Shown here: piece after piece, positions 1-18,146 of the stretch
Position numbering within the stretch: position 1 is the first letter of the stretch
Layout of the letters: each line of letters starts with the position of its first letter
From: the human T2T-CHM13v2.0 reference genome, Homo sapiens
Direction: 5' to 3' (one strand)
Length of the DNA: 64,000 bases
NCBI RefSeq assembly: GCF_009914755.1
Contig: NC_060930.1
Translations under genes and position numbers: made by a program
The notes under the pieces: model-generated
What the model was told of the DNA's origin: nothing
What the model saw: the letters and a program-made list of their open reading frames with translations, nothing else
The model's database searches: none

Positions 1-182
1 GACAGTGTTTCCCCATGTTGGCCAGACTGGTCTCAAACTCCCGACCTCAGGTGATCCACCCACCTCGGGTCACCCAGTCTGGAGTGCAGTGTTGCAATCA
101 TAGCTCACTGCAGCCTCAAACACTCCTCCTGCCTCAGCCTCCCGAGTAGTTGGACCTACAGGTGTGCACCACACCTGGCTAC
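1..182 (-). mobile_element. Two abutting Alu fragments
   Basis: Antisense left-arm motif (ggtctcaaactcccgacctcaggtgatcc) followed by right-arm motif (ggagtgcagt...gcctcagcctcccgagtag). Confidence 0.85.
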
Positions 183-539
183 ATAGTGCTTTTTCTTAGT
201 TTGCATAACAAAGATGTTACCAAATTTCATATTTACAGTCTCAATTTACTATCACTCCCATATTTTAAAGAGGAAATACAGGCCCCTACAACCCTTAATT
301 TACCCCCTGTCCTGCAAAAGGAGATGCTCTTAGAGTTTAGTAAAAGCACCCGTGGTATGAGGCATGTGCTTCTGAAAGTATAAACCGAGTGTTTAAACAC
401 TTTTTATGCCCTTTGCCAAATCTCTTTAGATTTTGTCAGAACAGCTAGAATTATTTAGATAATTCTGATTGCATTTCTGTCCAGAGAAACAGGCTACAAA
501 AATTGATCTGTAAAGTTCCTTTTCACTAGTTAATTTGTG

Positions 540-895
540 ATGCACTATACTGGTGGCTCCAATTCTTCACCTTTCTTCTCACCATGCATTTATCTACACG
601 ACCTCACAGCCCTTCTTGTCAAATGGCAGAACATACTTCCTTATCGTTGATTAGGAATTTAGTCATGTGACTTGCTTTGGCGAATGAGATCTTAACAGAT
701 GAGCAGAGGCTTAAAAGGTGCTTGCATCTATCTGCTTGCTCTCCTGTGTCTCTGCCATTACCATAAGAAGAATATGCTCAAGCTAGCCTGCTGGACCTAG
801 GAGCAGGATGAAAGACAGATGCAGCAGAGCTACCCCCAGTCAGCCCAAGATAAGTGGGTGTGTACTGCCAAAAGCAGAAGTTGGTTATTTTATGT
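540..895 (+). mobile_element. Old MLT1-type (ERVL-MaLR) LTR fragment
   Basis: catgtgacttgctttggc...ccataagaagaatatgctc...ttggttattt motifs typical of MLT1. Confidence 0.6.
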
Positions 896-2105
896 AAGAA
901 CTTTGAATGTTTCATTCTACTGCTACTGGCTTCCACTGTTCTATTAAAAAAATCAACTGTTACTCTTATTGTGTTCTCTCTGGCTGCTTGAAATATTGTT
1001 TTCTTTCTCCTTTTTTTCAGCAGTTTCACTGTGATATGTTTAGCTATGGTTTTAGGTTCTGAATGTTTCTTACATCTATGGCTTGATATCTTTTTGGGAT
1101 TTTTAAAATTTATAAAAAAAAATTCTCAGCCATTATCTCTTCATATATTGCTTCTGCCCCATCATCTCTCTCTTCTCCTCTTCAAAGACTTCAATAACAC
1201 ATATGTTGACCTTCTCACTGTATGCTCTATGTCTCTTACACACTTTTTAGTGTTTTCTACTTTTTGTTTATTGCTGTTCCTCTAAGATTCAGAATAGATA
1301 TTATCTTCCACTTATAAATTCTCTTTTCTTCTGAGTCAAATCTGCTAATAAACTCATCCACTGAGTTCTTAATTTCAGCTCTTGTATTTTTTTACTTCTA
1401 AAAATTTTCATGTTTTCCATTCATCTGTCAAAATTCTCATCTGCTTTTTAAAAATTTACTGAACTTTTAAATCTTATTTAACATTCCATTATCTGTAGGT
1501 TTATTTTTTTTTTGATTATTTCTCTTGGGTTTTTGTGTTTTTTTGACCATGTTATGTTGTTTCCTCCAGTGATTGGTTAATTTTTGTCATACATGGCACA
1601 TTAGATGTGAAAAATGGTAAAGATTATTTTAGGTTCTGAATGATGTTACCTTCCTCCAGAGGGTTTTATATTTGCTTGTAACAGGCTAGGCTAAGGCATT
1701 AGCAATCCCAAATCACCTTAATCCAATCAAAGATTGAGACTATTCAAAACTGATGTATATTTGGTTTACTCTTTCTTCTAAGATATAGTTCTTTATTCTT
1801 TAGGGTCCCAAACCAAGGCTTAGGGAAGAGTTTCCAGGGTATTCTCCACCCTTGGCAGCCCATAATCTCTATATTTTGTCCTCCAAGGTTTATGAGTTAG
1901 TGGAGAGCTTTTCTCAGATGCTTAGCTGCCTCTTCTGAAACCAACAGCTATTTGCAAAAGAAAGCAGGCACAAATACCAAGCCCAGCTCTCCAAGTTCCC
2001 TCTTTCTTTTGTATTTTAGCCCTATAATCATTTATTGCCTCGGTAGCTATCTTATGTCATCAAACAGGATTTTCCCCCCATGTTCTCTGTTTGTTCTCTG
2101 TGGGA
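895..2105 (-). mobile_element. Ancient L1M 5' region / ORF1, inverted segment
   Basis: Minus-strand peptide KLLKKRRKKTIFQAARENTIRVTVDFFNRTVEA resembles L1 ORF1p. Confidence 0.7.
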
Positions 2106-2139
2106 AAGAGAAAGAAAAGTTATCTGAGAAAGAATTAAA

Positions 2140-6845
<4,706 letters not shown>

Positions 6846-7158
6846 GAATACAAGGTTGGTTTAAAATTGGAAAATGCACCAATATAATTTACCACATTAA
6901 TAGAAATAAAAGAGAAAAATTGTACAGTTATGTTGATAGATGCAGAAAGAAGACCTCTGAAAAAATTCGGTGGTGTCAGAGTTCAGGACGTGGGCTATTT
7001 TAATAAGTGGTTAGTGGCATCTCATTATTGCTTTAAATTGCATTTTCCTGATATGATGTGAAACATCTTTTCATATGCTTCATATTCTTATCTGCCATCA
7101 CTATCTCTTCTTTGGTAAGATATCTGTTAAGGTCTTTAGGTCTTTTGCCCCCCCGCCC

Positions 7159-7451
7159 TTTTTTTTTTTTTTTTTTGAGACAGGCTCTCACTCTGTCACC
7201 CAGGATGGAGTGCAGTGGTGTGATCATGGCTCAATGCAGCCTGAACTTCCCGGTCTCAGGCAATTCTCAGCCTCCTGAGTAGCTGGGAGTACTGGCGCAT
7301 GCCATCATGCCCAGCTAATTTTTGTATTTTACGTAGAGATGAGGTTTCACCATGTTGCCCAGACTGGTCTCGAACTCCTGCGCTCAAGCAATACACCCAC
7401 CTTGACCTCCCAAAGTGCTCCGATTACAGGTGTGAGCCACCACGCCCAGCT
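7159..7451 (-). mobile_element. AluJ
   Basis: Antisense Alu with J-type gatcatggctc/ctcaagcaat. Confidence 0.9.
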
Positions 7452-7798
7452 GGCCTGTTTTCTAATTGGGTTGTTTGCTTTCTGAGTTTTAACAGTTCTT
7501 TTTATATTTTATCTAACAGTCTTTTATGAGATGTGTCTTTTACAAGTATTTTCTCTTGGTCTATGGCTTGTTCTTATTCTCTTGACACCGTCTTTCACAT
7601 AGAAGTTTTAAATTTTAATAAAGTCCAGCTTATCAATTATTTCTTTCATGGATCATACCTTTGGTGTTATATCTAAAAAGTCATCACCATTCCCAAAACC
7701 ACCTAGGTTTTTCTCCTATATTATCTTCTAAGAGTTTTATAGTTTTACATTTCTACATTTAGGTCCATGATCTATTTTAGTTTTTACAAAGAGTGTAA

Positions 7799-8545
<747 letters not shown>

Positions 8546-9317
8546 TATGTGGTTCTATTTCTAAGATCACTACTCTGTCCCATCAATCTATTTATCTATA
8601 CTTTCACAAATACCATATTGTCACGATTACTGTAGTTTCATAGTAAGTCAAAGTCAGGTAATGTCAGCCTTCCAATTTTGTTCTTCTTCAATATTGTGTT
8701 GTTTATTCTGGGTCTCTGGCCTGTCCATTGTAATTTTAGAGTCAGTTTGTGGACTGATATACACTAAATAGTTTGCTGGATTTTTTGCTAAGATTGCAAT
8801 TGCTTTGAGTCTATAGATCAAGTTGGAAAGAATAGACATCTTGACAATATTGAGTCTTCCTATACATGAACATGGAATATCTCTCCATTTATTTAATTCT
8901 TCTTTGACATCTTTAATCAGAATCTTGTAGTTTTCCTCATATTCCTCATATGTTTTGTTAGATTTATACCTAAGTATTTCATTTGGGGAGGAACTAATGT
9001 AAATGGTATTGTGTTTTTAATTTCAAGTTCCACTTGTTCATTACTTGCATATAGAAAAGTGATTGACTTTTGTGTATTAACCTTGTATCATGCAATCTTG
9101 CTACAATCTATTTTTAGTTCCAAGAGGGTTTTTTGTCAATTCTTTCATATTTTCTAAATAGACAGTCATGTCATCTGTGGAGAAAGTTTAATTCTTCCTT
9201 CCCAATCTGTATACCTTTTATTTTCTTTTCTTGTTTTATAGCTAGGGCTTCAGTATGATGTTTGAAAAGCTGTCTGGTTATTTTTAATTAATAAAATAGA
9301 AAAAAATAGAAAGTCTC

Positions 9318-9583
9318 TTTTTTTTTTTTTTTTTGAGATAGAGTCTTGCTCTGTCACCCTGGCTAGAGTGCAGTGGCGTGATCTCAGCTCACTGCAAGCT
9401 CCGCCTCCCGGGTTGACGCCATTCTCCTGCCTCAGCCTCCCGAGTAGCTGAGACTACAGGTGCCCACCACCTCGCCCGGCTAATTTTTTGTATTTTTAGT
9501 AGAGACGGGGTTTCACCTTGTTAGCCAGGACGGTCTCGATCTCCTGACCTCGTGATCTGCCCACCTCGGCCTCCCAAAGTGCT
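9318..9583 (-). mobile_element. AluY (lacks ~30 nt of its 5' end)
   Basis: Y diagnostics gcaagctccgcc, cgccattctcc, gttagccagga, gtctcgatctcc. Confidence 0.93.
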
Positions 9584-9586
9584 CTT

Positions 9587-9939
<353 letters not shown>

Positions 9940-10705
9940 TTAATCCCAAAACACTATTACTGCCATCTGTGACACTAAACAAGCCTCCCTCCCCACCAGC
10001 TCATATAAACTTACAAGATAAAAATCAACTTTATATTTAGTCTGTGTAAACTATAATTAGGAAGAGTGAAATGTTTCAAGGTGAGTTTATATATTTCTGA
10101 ACTAATTATAAATAATTTGTATTGCCTTCTCTTTTTTTTTTAATTATTTGAATCATAGTGTCCCTACATCAGGGCAAATGACTGAGAGAAGGCAGTTGCA
10201 TATTAGTGATAGTACCAATGGCTCGACTATCAAAGACAGGCTATTTGAGTTGAATACTCTGTTTGTGAATCCCCTGGAGAAAGAGGTCCTCAGAAGTGAG
10301 GCCTTAGCAAGAATGAACGAAGTGGAGCATAATGAGGGAGGCTTTGTAGTAGAGTCTAATGAATAACTCCTTGACATTCTCTGATCTCTGACATGACAGG
10401 CATATGGTGTTTATCAATAAATAAAAAGGATATAATTACGCTGAGGCTGAAGCATTCAGGGATTGGTAACATTTGGTAAGCTGGCAAGCTGTCTGCCCCA
10501 CTCTTTATCCTAACAGGTGGAATAAAATAAAACGTCTCCATAAAAATCTATTTATAGTACATGATAGTCTTTGGTTGTCTTTAGTTTCCCCAAAGAAGGA
10601 GTAGGTCATGCTCTAATTTGCATCCATGGATGTATGTTAGTGTATTATCTAAATGACACTTCAATGTAATCACAAACAGCCCTTAGAACTTTCAATGCAC
10701 AGATT

Positions 10706-11157
10706 CTTTTTTAAAATTTCAACTCTTATTTTAGATTCAGGGGATACATGTGCAGGTGCGTCACATGGGAACACAATATAACACTGAGGTTTGGGGTACG
10801 GATGATCCCGTCACCCAGGCAGTGAGCACAGTACCCAAAAGGCAATCCCTCAACCCTCACCCCACTCTTTCCCACCCGCCTCCAGCAGTCGCCAGTGTCC
10901 ATCGTTCCCATCTTTATGTGCACGTATACTTAATGTTTAGCTCCCACTTAGAAGTGAGAACATGCAGTATTTGGTTTTCTGTTCCTGCATTCATTCGCTT
11001 AAGATAATGTCCTCCAGCTGCATCCATGTTGCTGCAAAGGATGTAATTTCATTCGTTTTTATGGCTGCATAGTATTCCATGGTGTATATGTACCACATTT
11101 CCTTTATCCAGTCCACTGTTGATGGGCACCTAGGTTGATTCCATGTCTTTGCTATTG
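10706..11157 (-). mobile_element. L1P 3' end fragment
   Basis: Minus-strand IAIAKTWNQPRCPSTVDWIKEMWYIYTMEYYAA; degenerate TSD caatgcacagattcttt / caatacacagcttcttt. Confidence 0.9.
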
Positions 11158-11579
11158 CAATACACAGCTTCTTTAAAATATCTCCAGACAGAAGGTTGAC
11201 ATGTTTCATAAGACTAATAATTACATGGTGTCTGACAAAACTAGTACATTGTTTTTGGTTTTGTGTACTCTACAAAAATGTTAATAATAGGCACAGCTTT
11301 GTGCTCTTCAACCTGTGGCAGAAGGTGAGAGACACATTGACAAGGAAACTCCAGTGGGAAAGGTAGACAGGACAGGCTTTCTGTCTGCTTCTTTTCTACA
11401 TGTAGGCTGTGTTTATATAACAGCAAACATTCTGTCAGAAAACAAATGGTTCAACTCAATAAATCACACCAAATGAACCTTTAACTTATTTGTAATCCAC
11501 AAATTTGCCACAGCTTCTTAGAAAGAAGCCATTGCAACGGTGCCATGCATAAAGCACTTGCTTGGATAGAATCCTTGTT

Positions 11580-12051
11580 GACATCACCCTTAAATCCTTT
11601 CTTTCTCTCACACTCCATTTTTAACCTTTAGGAAATCCTATTGGTTCAAGCTTCAATATACTCCCAAATCTCACCACTCCACATGACTTCTACTGCCACT
11701 ACCATAGCCTGAGCCCCATCACCTCTCCCTTTGAGAGCTGTGAAAACTTTCTAATGGTCTCTCTGCTTCTATACTTTTATGTATTCCACACAGCAGGTAG
11801 AGAGATTCTTTTAAAAAAGACAGCTCAGGTGAGGTCACACCTCTGCTCAAAATCCTGCAATGGCTCCAAAGTCCTTAAAATGGCTCTCCAGGCCCTTGGA
11901 TCTGGCTTCCCATGTTCTCTCCTCCCACTCTCCCTCTCTTACTCTCCCTCACTTTTCTCAAGTCAACTGATCCCCTTGCTGTTCTTCAAATATTCTAGAC
12001 ACTGTCCCTCAGCCTGGAATATTCTTCCACTGAATTCTGGAGGGATGTGTC

Positions 12052-12083
<32 letters not shown>

Positions 12084-12333
12084 CAATCTCACCTTCTAAT
12101 GAGGCTTATGTCTCCACTTACCTATTTAAAATGAGAACCTGTCCTCCACAAATGCACACATCCAGGTTAAGGGATCCTACTTTTTTCTTTCACCCTAAAA
12201 CATTTATCTTCTAACATACTATATAGTTTACTTATTAACTATGTTTATTGTCTTGTCCAACTCTCTCCTGTAAAATATAAGCTCTGTAAGAGCATGAAAC
12301 TTCTGTTCACTGAAGTACCCTAAGTATCTAGGT
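11580..12333 (-). mobile_element. L2 fragment with internal (TG)n (12052-12079)
   Basis: ctctgctcaaaatcctgcaatggctcc, atataagctctgtaagagcatg...tgttcactg motifs. Confidence 0.6.
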
Positions 12334-12517
12334 TAGGGTTGACAGATAAAATGAAGTGCACCCAGCAAAATCTGAATTTCAGATAAACAATGACTACTTC
12401 ATTTTAGAATAAGTATGGCCTATACCATCATTGGTTTATTTATTGTTATCTGAAATTCAAATTTACCTGGGAATACTATTTTTTTTTTTTTTTTTTTTGC
12501 TAAATCTGGCAACTCTA
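12334..12517. mobile_element. MER53-like palindromic hAT MITE
   Basis: Terminal inverted repeats tagggttgacagat / atctggcaactcta; inner arms tgaatttcagataaacaat / attgttatctgaaattca; 8-bp TSD atctaggt / atctagaa. Confidence 0.8.
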
Positions 12518-12599
12518 ATCTAGAATAATGCCTGGCATCATCATCACAAGAAATATTATATGTGGTCTACTTTTTAAATTAAAATAAATTGGTTTTGTT

Positions 12600-14625
12600 T
12601 AAAAAAAAAAACTCTAGGAATATATTTAACCAATGAGGTGAAAGATCTCTACAAGGAAAACCACAAAACACTGATGAAAGAAATTGTAGATGACACAAAC
12701 AAATGGAAAAACATCCTATGCTCGTGGATCAGAAGAAATAATATCATTAAAATGACCATACTGTTCAAAGCAATTTACAGATTCAATGTAATTCCTATCA
12801 AAATTTCACATTGTTTTTCACATAATTAGGGGGAAAATCCTAAAATTCATATAGAACCAAAAAAGAGTCAAAATAGTTAAAGCAAGCCTAAGCAAAAAGA
12901 ACAAAGCTGAAGGTATCACATTACCTGAGTTCAAATTATACTACAAGGCTACAGTAACCAAAACAGCCTGATACTGATATAAAAATAGACACATAGATCG
13001 ACGGAACAGAATAGAGAACCCAGAAATAAAGCCACATATTTACAGCCAACTGATCTTTGACAAAGTCAACAAGAACATATGCTAGGGAAAGGACACCCTA
13101 TTCAATAAATGGTCCCAGGAAAATTGAATTTGTCACACGCAGAGGAATGACACTGGACCCCATCTCTCACCACATATAAAAATAAACTCGAGATAGATTA
13201 AATACTTAAATGTAAGACCTGAAACTATAAAAATACTAGAAGAAGATTTAGGAAAAACTCTTCTGGACATTGGTCTAGGCAAATAATGCATGACTCAAAC
13301 CTGAAGAGTACAAGCCACAAAAACAAAAATTGGACAAATAGGACTTAATTAAACTAAAAAACTTCTGCACAGCAAAATAAATAATTAATTGAGTGAACAG
13401 ATAACCTGAATGAGAGAAAATATTTGCAAACTATGCATCTGACAAGGGACTAACAGCCAGCATTTGCAAAGAATTCAAACAACTCAACAACAAAAAAACC
13501 CACAAATAATCTCATTAAAAAGTGGGCAATGGACACGAATAAACATTTCTCAAAAGAAGAGAAACAAATGGTCAATGGTCAGCATCACTAATTGGTAAGG
13601 TGCATTGGCTCATGCCTGTAATCCTAGCATTTTGGGAGACCAAGGCAGGAGGATACTTGAGGCCAAGAGTTCAAGACCAGCCTGCATAACATAGCAAGAA
13701 CCCATATCTACAAAAAATAAAAATAAAAATTAGCCAGGTGTGGTGGCACACACCTGTAGTCCCGGCTCCTTGAGAGGCTGAGATGGGAGGATTGCTTGAG
13801 CCCAGGGGTTCAAGGCTGCAGTGAGCCATCATTACACCACCGCACTCCACTGTGGGCAACAGAGTGATACTCTGTCTCAAAAAAAAAAAATCACTAATCA
13901 TCAGATAAATGCAAATCAAAACCTCAATGAGATAGCATCTTACCCAGTCAGAATGGCTATTATTAAAAAGAGAAAAAAAATAACAGATGTTGGCAAGGAT
14001 GCAGAGAAAAGGGAAAGCTTACATACTGTGAGTGAGAATGTAAAATAATACAGCCTCTACGGAAAACAGCATGGAGATTTCTCAAAGAACTAAAAATAGA
14101 ACTACCATTCAAACCAGTAATCCTACTACTGGGTATCTATCCAAAAGAAAAGAAATCATTATATGAAAAAGATACCTGCACTTGTATGTTTATCACAGCA
14201 CTATTCACAATGGCAAGGATATGGAATCAGCCTAACAAATAATAGTCCAACGAAAGGACATAGTCTATATATACAATGGAATACTGTTCAGCCATTAAAA
14301 AAGAATGAAGCATGTCTTCTGCAGCAACATGGATTGAAATGGAGACCATTATCTTAAGTGAAACAACTCAGACACAGAAAGACAAATACCACATGGTCTC
14401 ATTTATAAGTGGGAACTAAATAATGCGCACACATGGACATAGAGTATAGAATGATAGCAAAGAATTGGAAGCCGGGGGAGGAGGATGATGAGAAATTATT
14501 TAATGGGAAGAGTGTACGTTATTTGGGTGATGGATACTCTAAAAGCGCTGACTTCACAACTATGCAATCTATCCATGTAACAGAATTACACTTGTACCCC
14601 ATAAATTTAAACTAATAAAAAAAAA
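12600..14625 (+). mobile_element. 5'-truncated L1 (L1PB/L1MA-age) ORF2 3' part and 3' UTR
   Basis: [30 protein letters not shown]; ends cttgtaccccataaattta...aataaaaaaa. Confidence 0.92.
13594..13890 (+). mobile_element. AluJ in L1
   Basis: J diagnostics (gaggattgcttgagccc, caaggctgcagt); TSD atcactaat. Confidence 0.9.
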
Positions 14626-15479
14626 GTAAAATTAATTTGCTTTTGAAATTTTAATGGTATTTTGAGCTAACTGAAGATACCCTGGACTGTCACAAGAAAA
14701 GTTTTATATCATTGTAGTAAATAACTTTAGGAAAAGTTCATGGCCAAAAACAAAAACAATCAAATGAAAAAAGCTAAGTACCCCATCTACAATGCAATAG
14801 CACAAATATATATTAACCAATATTAAGCATTATGCCTTATGATATTGGGCAAAACGAAAATGGAATGTTCCAAAACCAAAAGTAGAAAAATATGTTGGAG
14901 AAATCTTATTGCAGTGGAAAGCTAGAGATTGAGTTGAAGTATAATCTAGCATATTATTGAAGAACACATGGATAATGAGAACAAGACCCAGATTACCTCC
15001 ATATCCAACTTCTAGTTGTCCTTTCCAATTAACTGTTGCCACTCACTACTTATGTGCTCTTGGGAGAGTCAAAGTCAAATAACTCAATTTTATAATAAAT
15101 GAGTTATCTTTTTATGTAAAAAGTCAGATAACTCACTTTTGTATTAAAATTTGTAACATCCATTCCATCCCTAAAAATCTGCTTCTGTACGAAAGTATGA
15201 TCAGAAAGTGAAGAGTCTATTTTTACAAACCTACTAGGAGTTATATATGATAATAAATATTATCAGAGTAGTTACCATAATAAGCTGTTCACTTATTCCA
15301 AAGGTGATACCAATGCTCAAAACATTTTTGGCACTTCTATTTTGCATTTTCCTTTTAAGAAATACTAACAAATGTTTTCATCCCAGCCAGTAAGAGGCAG
15401 AGCTAGGATCTGAACCATGCACTGTGGCAGCACCGTCTGTGATCTTAACATCTGTGCTTAACATCTATTGCTTTGCCCA

Positions 15480-15675
15480 TTTCACCACATGAAGACACAG
15501 CAAAAACACAGCCATTTGTGAACTGGTAAGCAGGCCTTCACCAGACGCTGAATCTGCTGCTGTCTTGAGCCTGGATTTCCCAGCCTCCAGAACTGTGAGA
15601 AATAAATTTCGGTTATTTATAAGCCACTAGTCTATGGTTATTTTTGTTATAGCAACATGAACAGACTAAGACACC
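15480..15675 (+). mobile_element. MaLR LTR fragment (MLT1A/MST-like)
   Basis: cagcctccagaactgtgagaaataaattt...ttataagccac...gactaagaca. Confidence 0.8.
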
Positions 15676-16036
15676 ACCTCAGGCAGCTACAGCGTTAAAC
15701 AATTACCACTGAAAGTTTTTGACAAGTGCCCTAGGAAAAAGGCTGTTTGCACAAAGTTCTGCATGAGGTCAAATAAAGACAAGTTCTGTAAATGGAGGTT
15801 TTCAGGGAGCTGCCAGAGAGATAAATAATAAAAAAATCTCTGCAAATCATGCTTTCTTGGGATGCTCCAACACCATTTCGCCCCCTCCAGTGACTGCCGG
15901 GCTGCTTTTTTCACGCCTACCATGGCTGCAAGACTATTTGTTTTCAAGGCTTCTATGGAGCTGGGTAGAAGATGAAAATAGGGTACGATAAAATATCACA
16001 AAGCATACTCTTGTTATCAAGATTCACTTATTTTTC

Positions 16037-16363
16037 TTTTTTAACTTTTTTGTTTATATTTTTATTTATTTACTTATTTTTGAGACAGGGTCTCGCTCTG
16101 TCACCTAGGCTGGAGTGCAGTGGCGCAATCATGGCTCACTGCAGCCTTGACCTCCTGGGCTCAAGCGATTCTCTCACCTCAGCCTCTTGAGTAGCTGGGA
16201 CTATAGGCATGCATCACCACATTCAGCTAATTTTTGTATTTTTTATGGAGATGGGTTTTTGCCATGTTTCCCAGACTAGTCTCAAACTCCTGGGCTCAAC
16301 CAATCCACCCGCCTTGGCCTCCAAAAGTGCTAGGATTACAGGTGTGAGCCACTGTGCCTGGCC
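16037..16363 (-). mobile_element. AluJ
   Basis: Antisense Alu with T-rich tail. Confidence 0.9.
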
Positions 16364-16621
16364 ACTGTTTTTATTCAATAAACACTCCTCAAATTGTGGT
16401 AAGCCTTTGATTAATTTCCAGAGTTCTGAAGAAGTTTATTTTGACAATTTTTGCCAATGTTCTTCTTGCTTTTATGGAAGAACAGATTTTCAAAAGTCCT
16501 TATTGTGCCATTCCTGAAGTGCTTCTCCCCTTACAGTATGTTTCTAAACTGGCCAATTTAGACTCTTTGATTCTTCTTGACAAAGACAGATCATGTTTTG
16601 AAACTATTGTCCACTCCTTTG

Positions 16622-17104
16622 ATTATTATTATTATTATTGAGACAGAGTCTCACTCGGTCACCCAGGCTGGAGTGCAGTGGCACAGTCTTGGCTCACTGC
16701 AACCTCTACCTTCTGGGCTCAAGAAATCCTTTTTTTTTTTTTTTTTTTTTCCGAGATGGAGTCTTGCAATGTCACCCGGGCTGGAGTGCAGTGGCGTGAT
16801 TTCGGCTCGCTGAAACCTCCACCTCCCAAGTTCAAGCGATTCTCCTGCCTCAGCCTCCCAAGTAGCTGGGATTACAGGCGCCCGCTACCACACCCGGCTA
16901 ATTTTCTGTATTTTTAGTAGAGGCGGGTTTTCATTATGTTGGCCAGGCTAGTCTTCAACAAATTCTTGGGCCTCAGCCTCCCAAGTAGCTGGGACTACAG
17001 GTGTGAGCCACCACACCCAGCTAATACTTATATTTTTAGTAGAGATAGGGTTTCACCATGTTGGCAAGGCTGGTCTCAAACTCCCGACCTCAAGTGATCT
17101 GCCA
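16622..17104 (-). mobile_element. Nested Alus (truncated AluS ~16729-16957 inside another Alu)
   Basis: Outer Alu is interrupted at aagaaatcctt/aacaaattctt; outer TSD cactccttt; (ATT)n tail. Confidence 0.88.
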
Positions 17105-18011
17105 AACTCACACTCCTTTTAATACATTGCACATTTTACACTATCACAGACAACTTCTCCAATAGAATACTTTTCTGTTGGGACCCACCCTTTGGTTTTG
17201 ACATGTGCAGATGGATAATACTAAACAGCTAATTGATTTCCATGTGAGAAGAAAAATCAGTCCTTTCTTCCTACATTTTAGCAGCTATTTATAGTTTAAC
17301 ACATATTTCTCACATAGTTTTTCTGAAATCTTCATTTTCTATCCCTTTCTTCCTGAGCTGAGCCTTTGCTGTGCTAAAATATAAAAGAGCACAAGTATAG
17401 CCACCTAATATTAGTAAAAGTGTAGCAGAGAAATCAGGATACATTAGACACCAATCACTTCAGAAAAGTTCTTCTTTGCCTTAAAGCAGTAAGACATAAA
17501 GTAAGGTCAAGCAATCTATCTTTTTAAACCCATCTTGTCTATGGGTGAATATGATTAGAAGATACTGCAAACCTTAACCGATGTATTTTGGCATTTAGAA
17601 AAGAGCATTTTTACACACGCGGGATGGTTCCAGGAAAATGAAGAGGTAGATTCAAGTTTCTAACATTTCAAAAATTCTTCAAACCTGTGATATTTTACTA
17701 GTCAGAAGTATTTTATTCTTCCCAAACTTACCTTGGGAATTTAGCTGAGATGATGACATCTCAATGTCAACAGGTTAAAAAAAATACATAGGCCATAGAT
17801 ATAAAATATATACTCTCTTCTTACCAAGATTCACCTATTTTTCTTCATTAAACACTCCTCAAATTATTGTAAGACTTTAATTAATTTCCAGAGTTCTGAA
17901 AAAGTTTGACAATTTTTGCCAATGAACGTTCTCCTTGCTTTTATGGGAGAATAAATTTTCAAAGGTCTTTACTCTGCCATTCCTGAAGTGTTTCTCCCCT
18001 TACAATATGTT

Positions 18012-18014
18012 CAT

Positions 18015-18045
<31 letters not shown>

Positions 18046-18146
18046 CACACACCTACATATATATACACATACATATGTATATGTATATTAACATATATAT
18101 GTTCATATATAAGTATATATATATTTAAATCAGTGTATATTTATAA
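18012..18146. repeat. (TA)n/(CA)n low-complexity tract
   Basis: Direct inspection. Confidence 0.9.
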
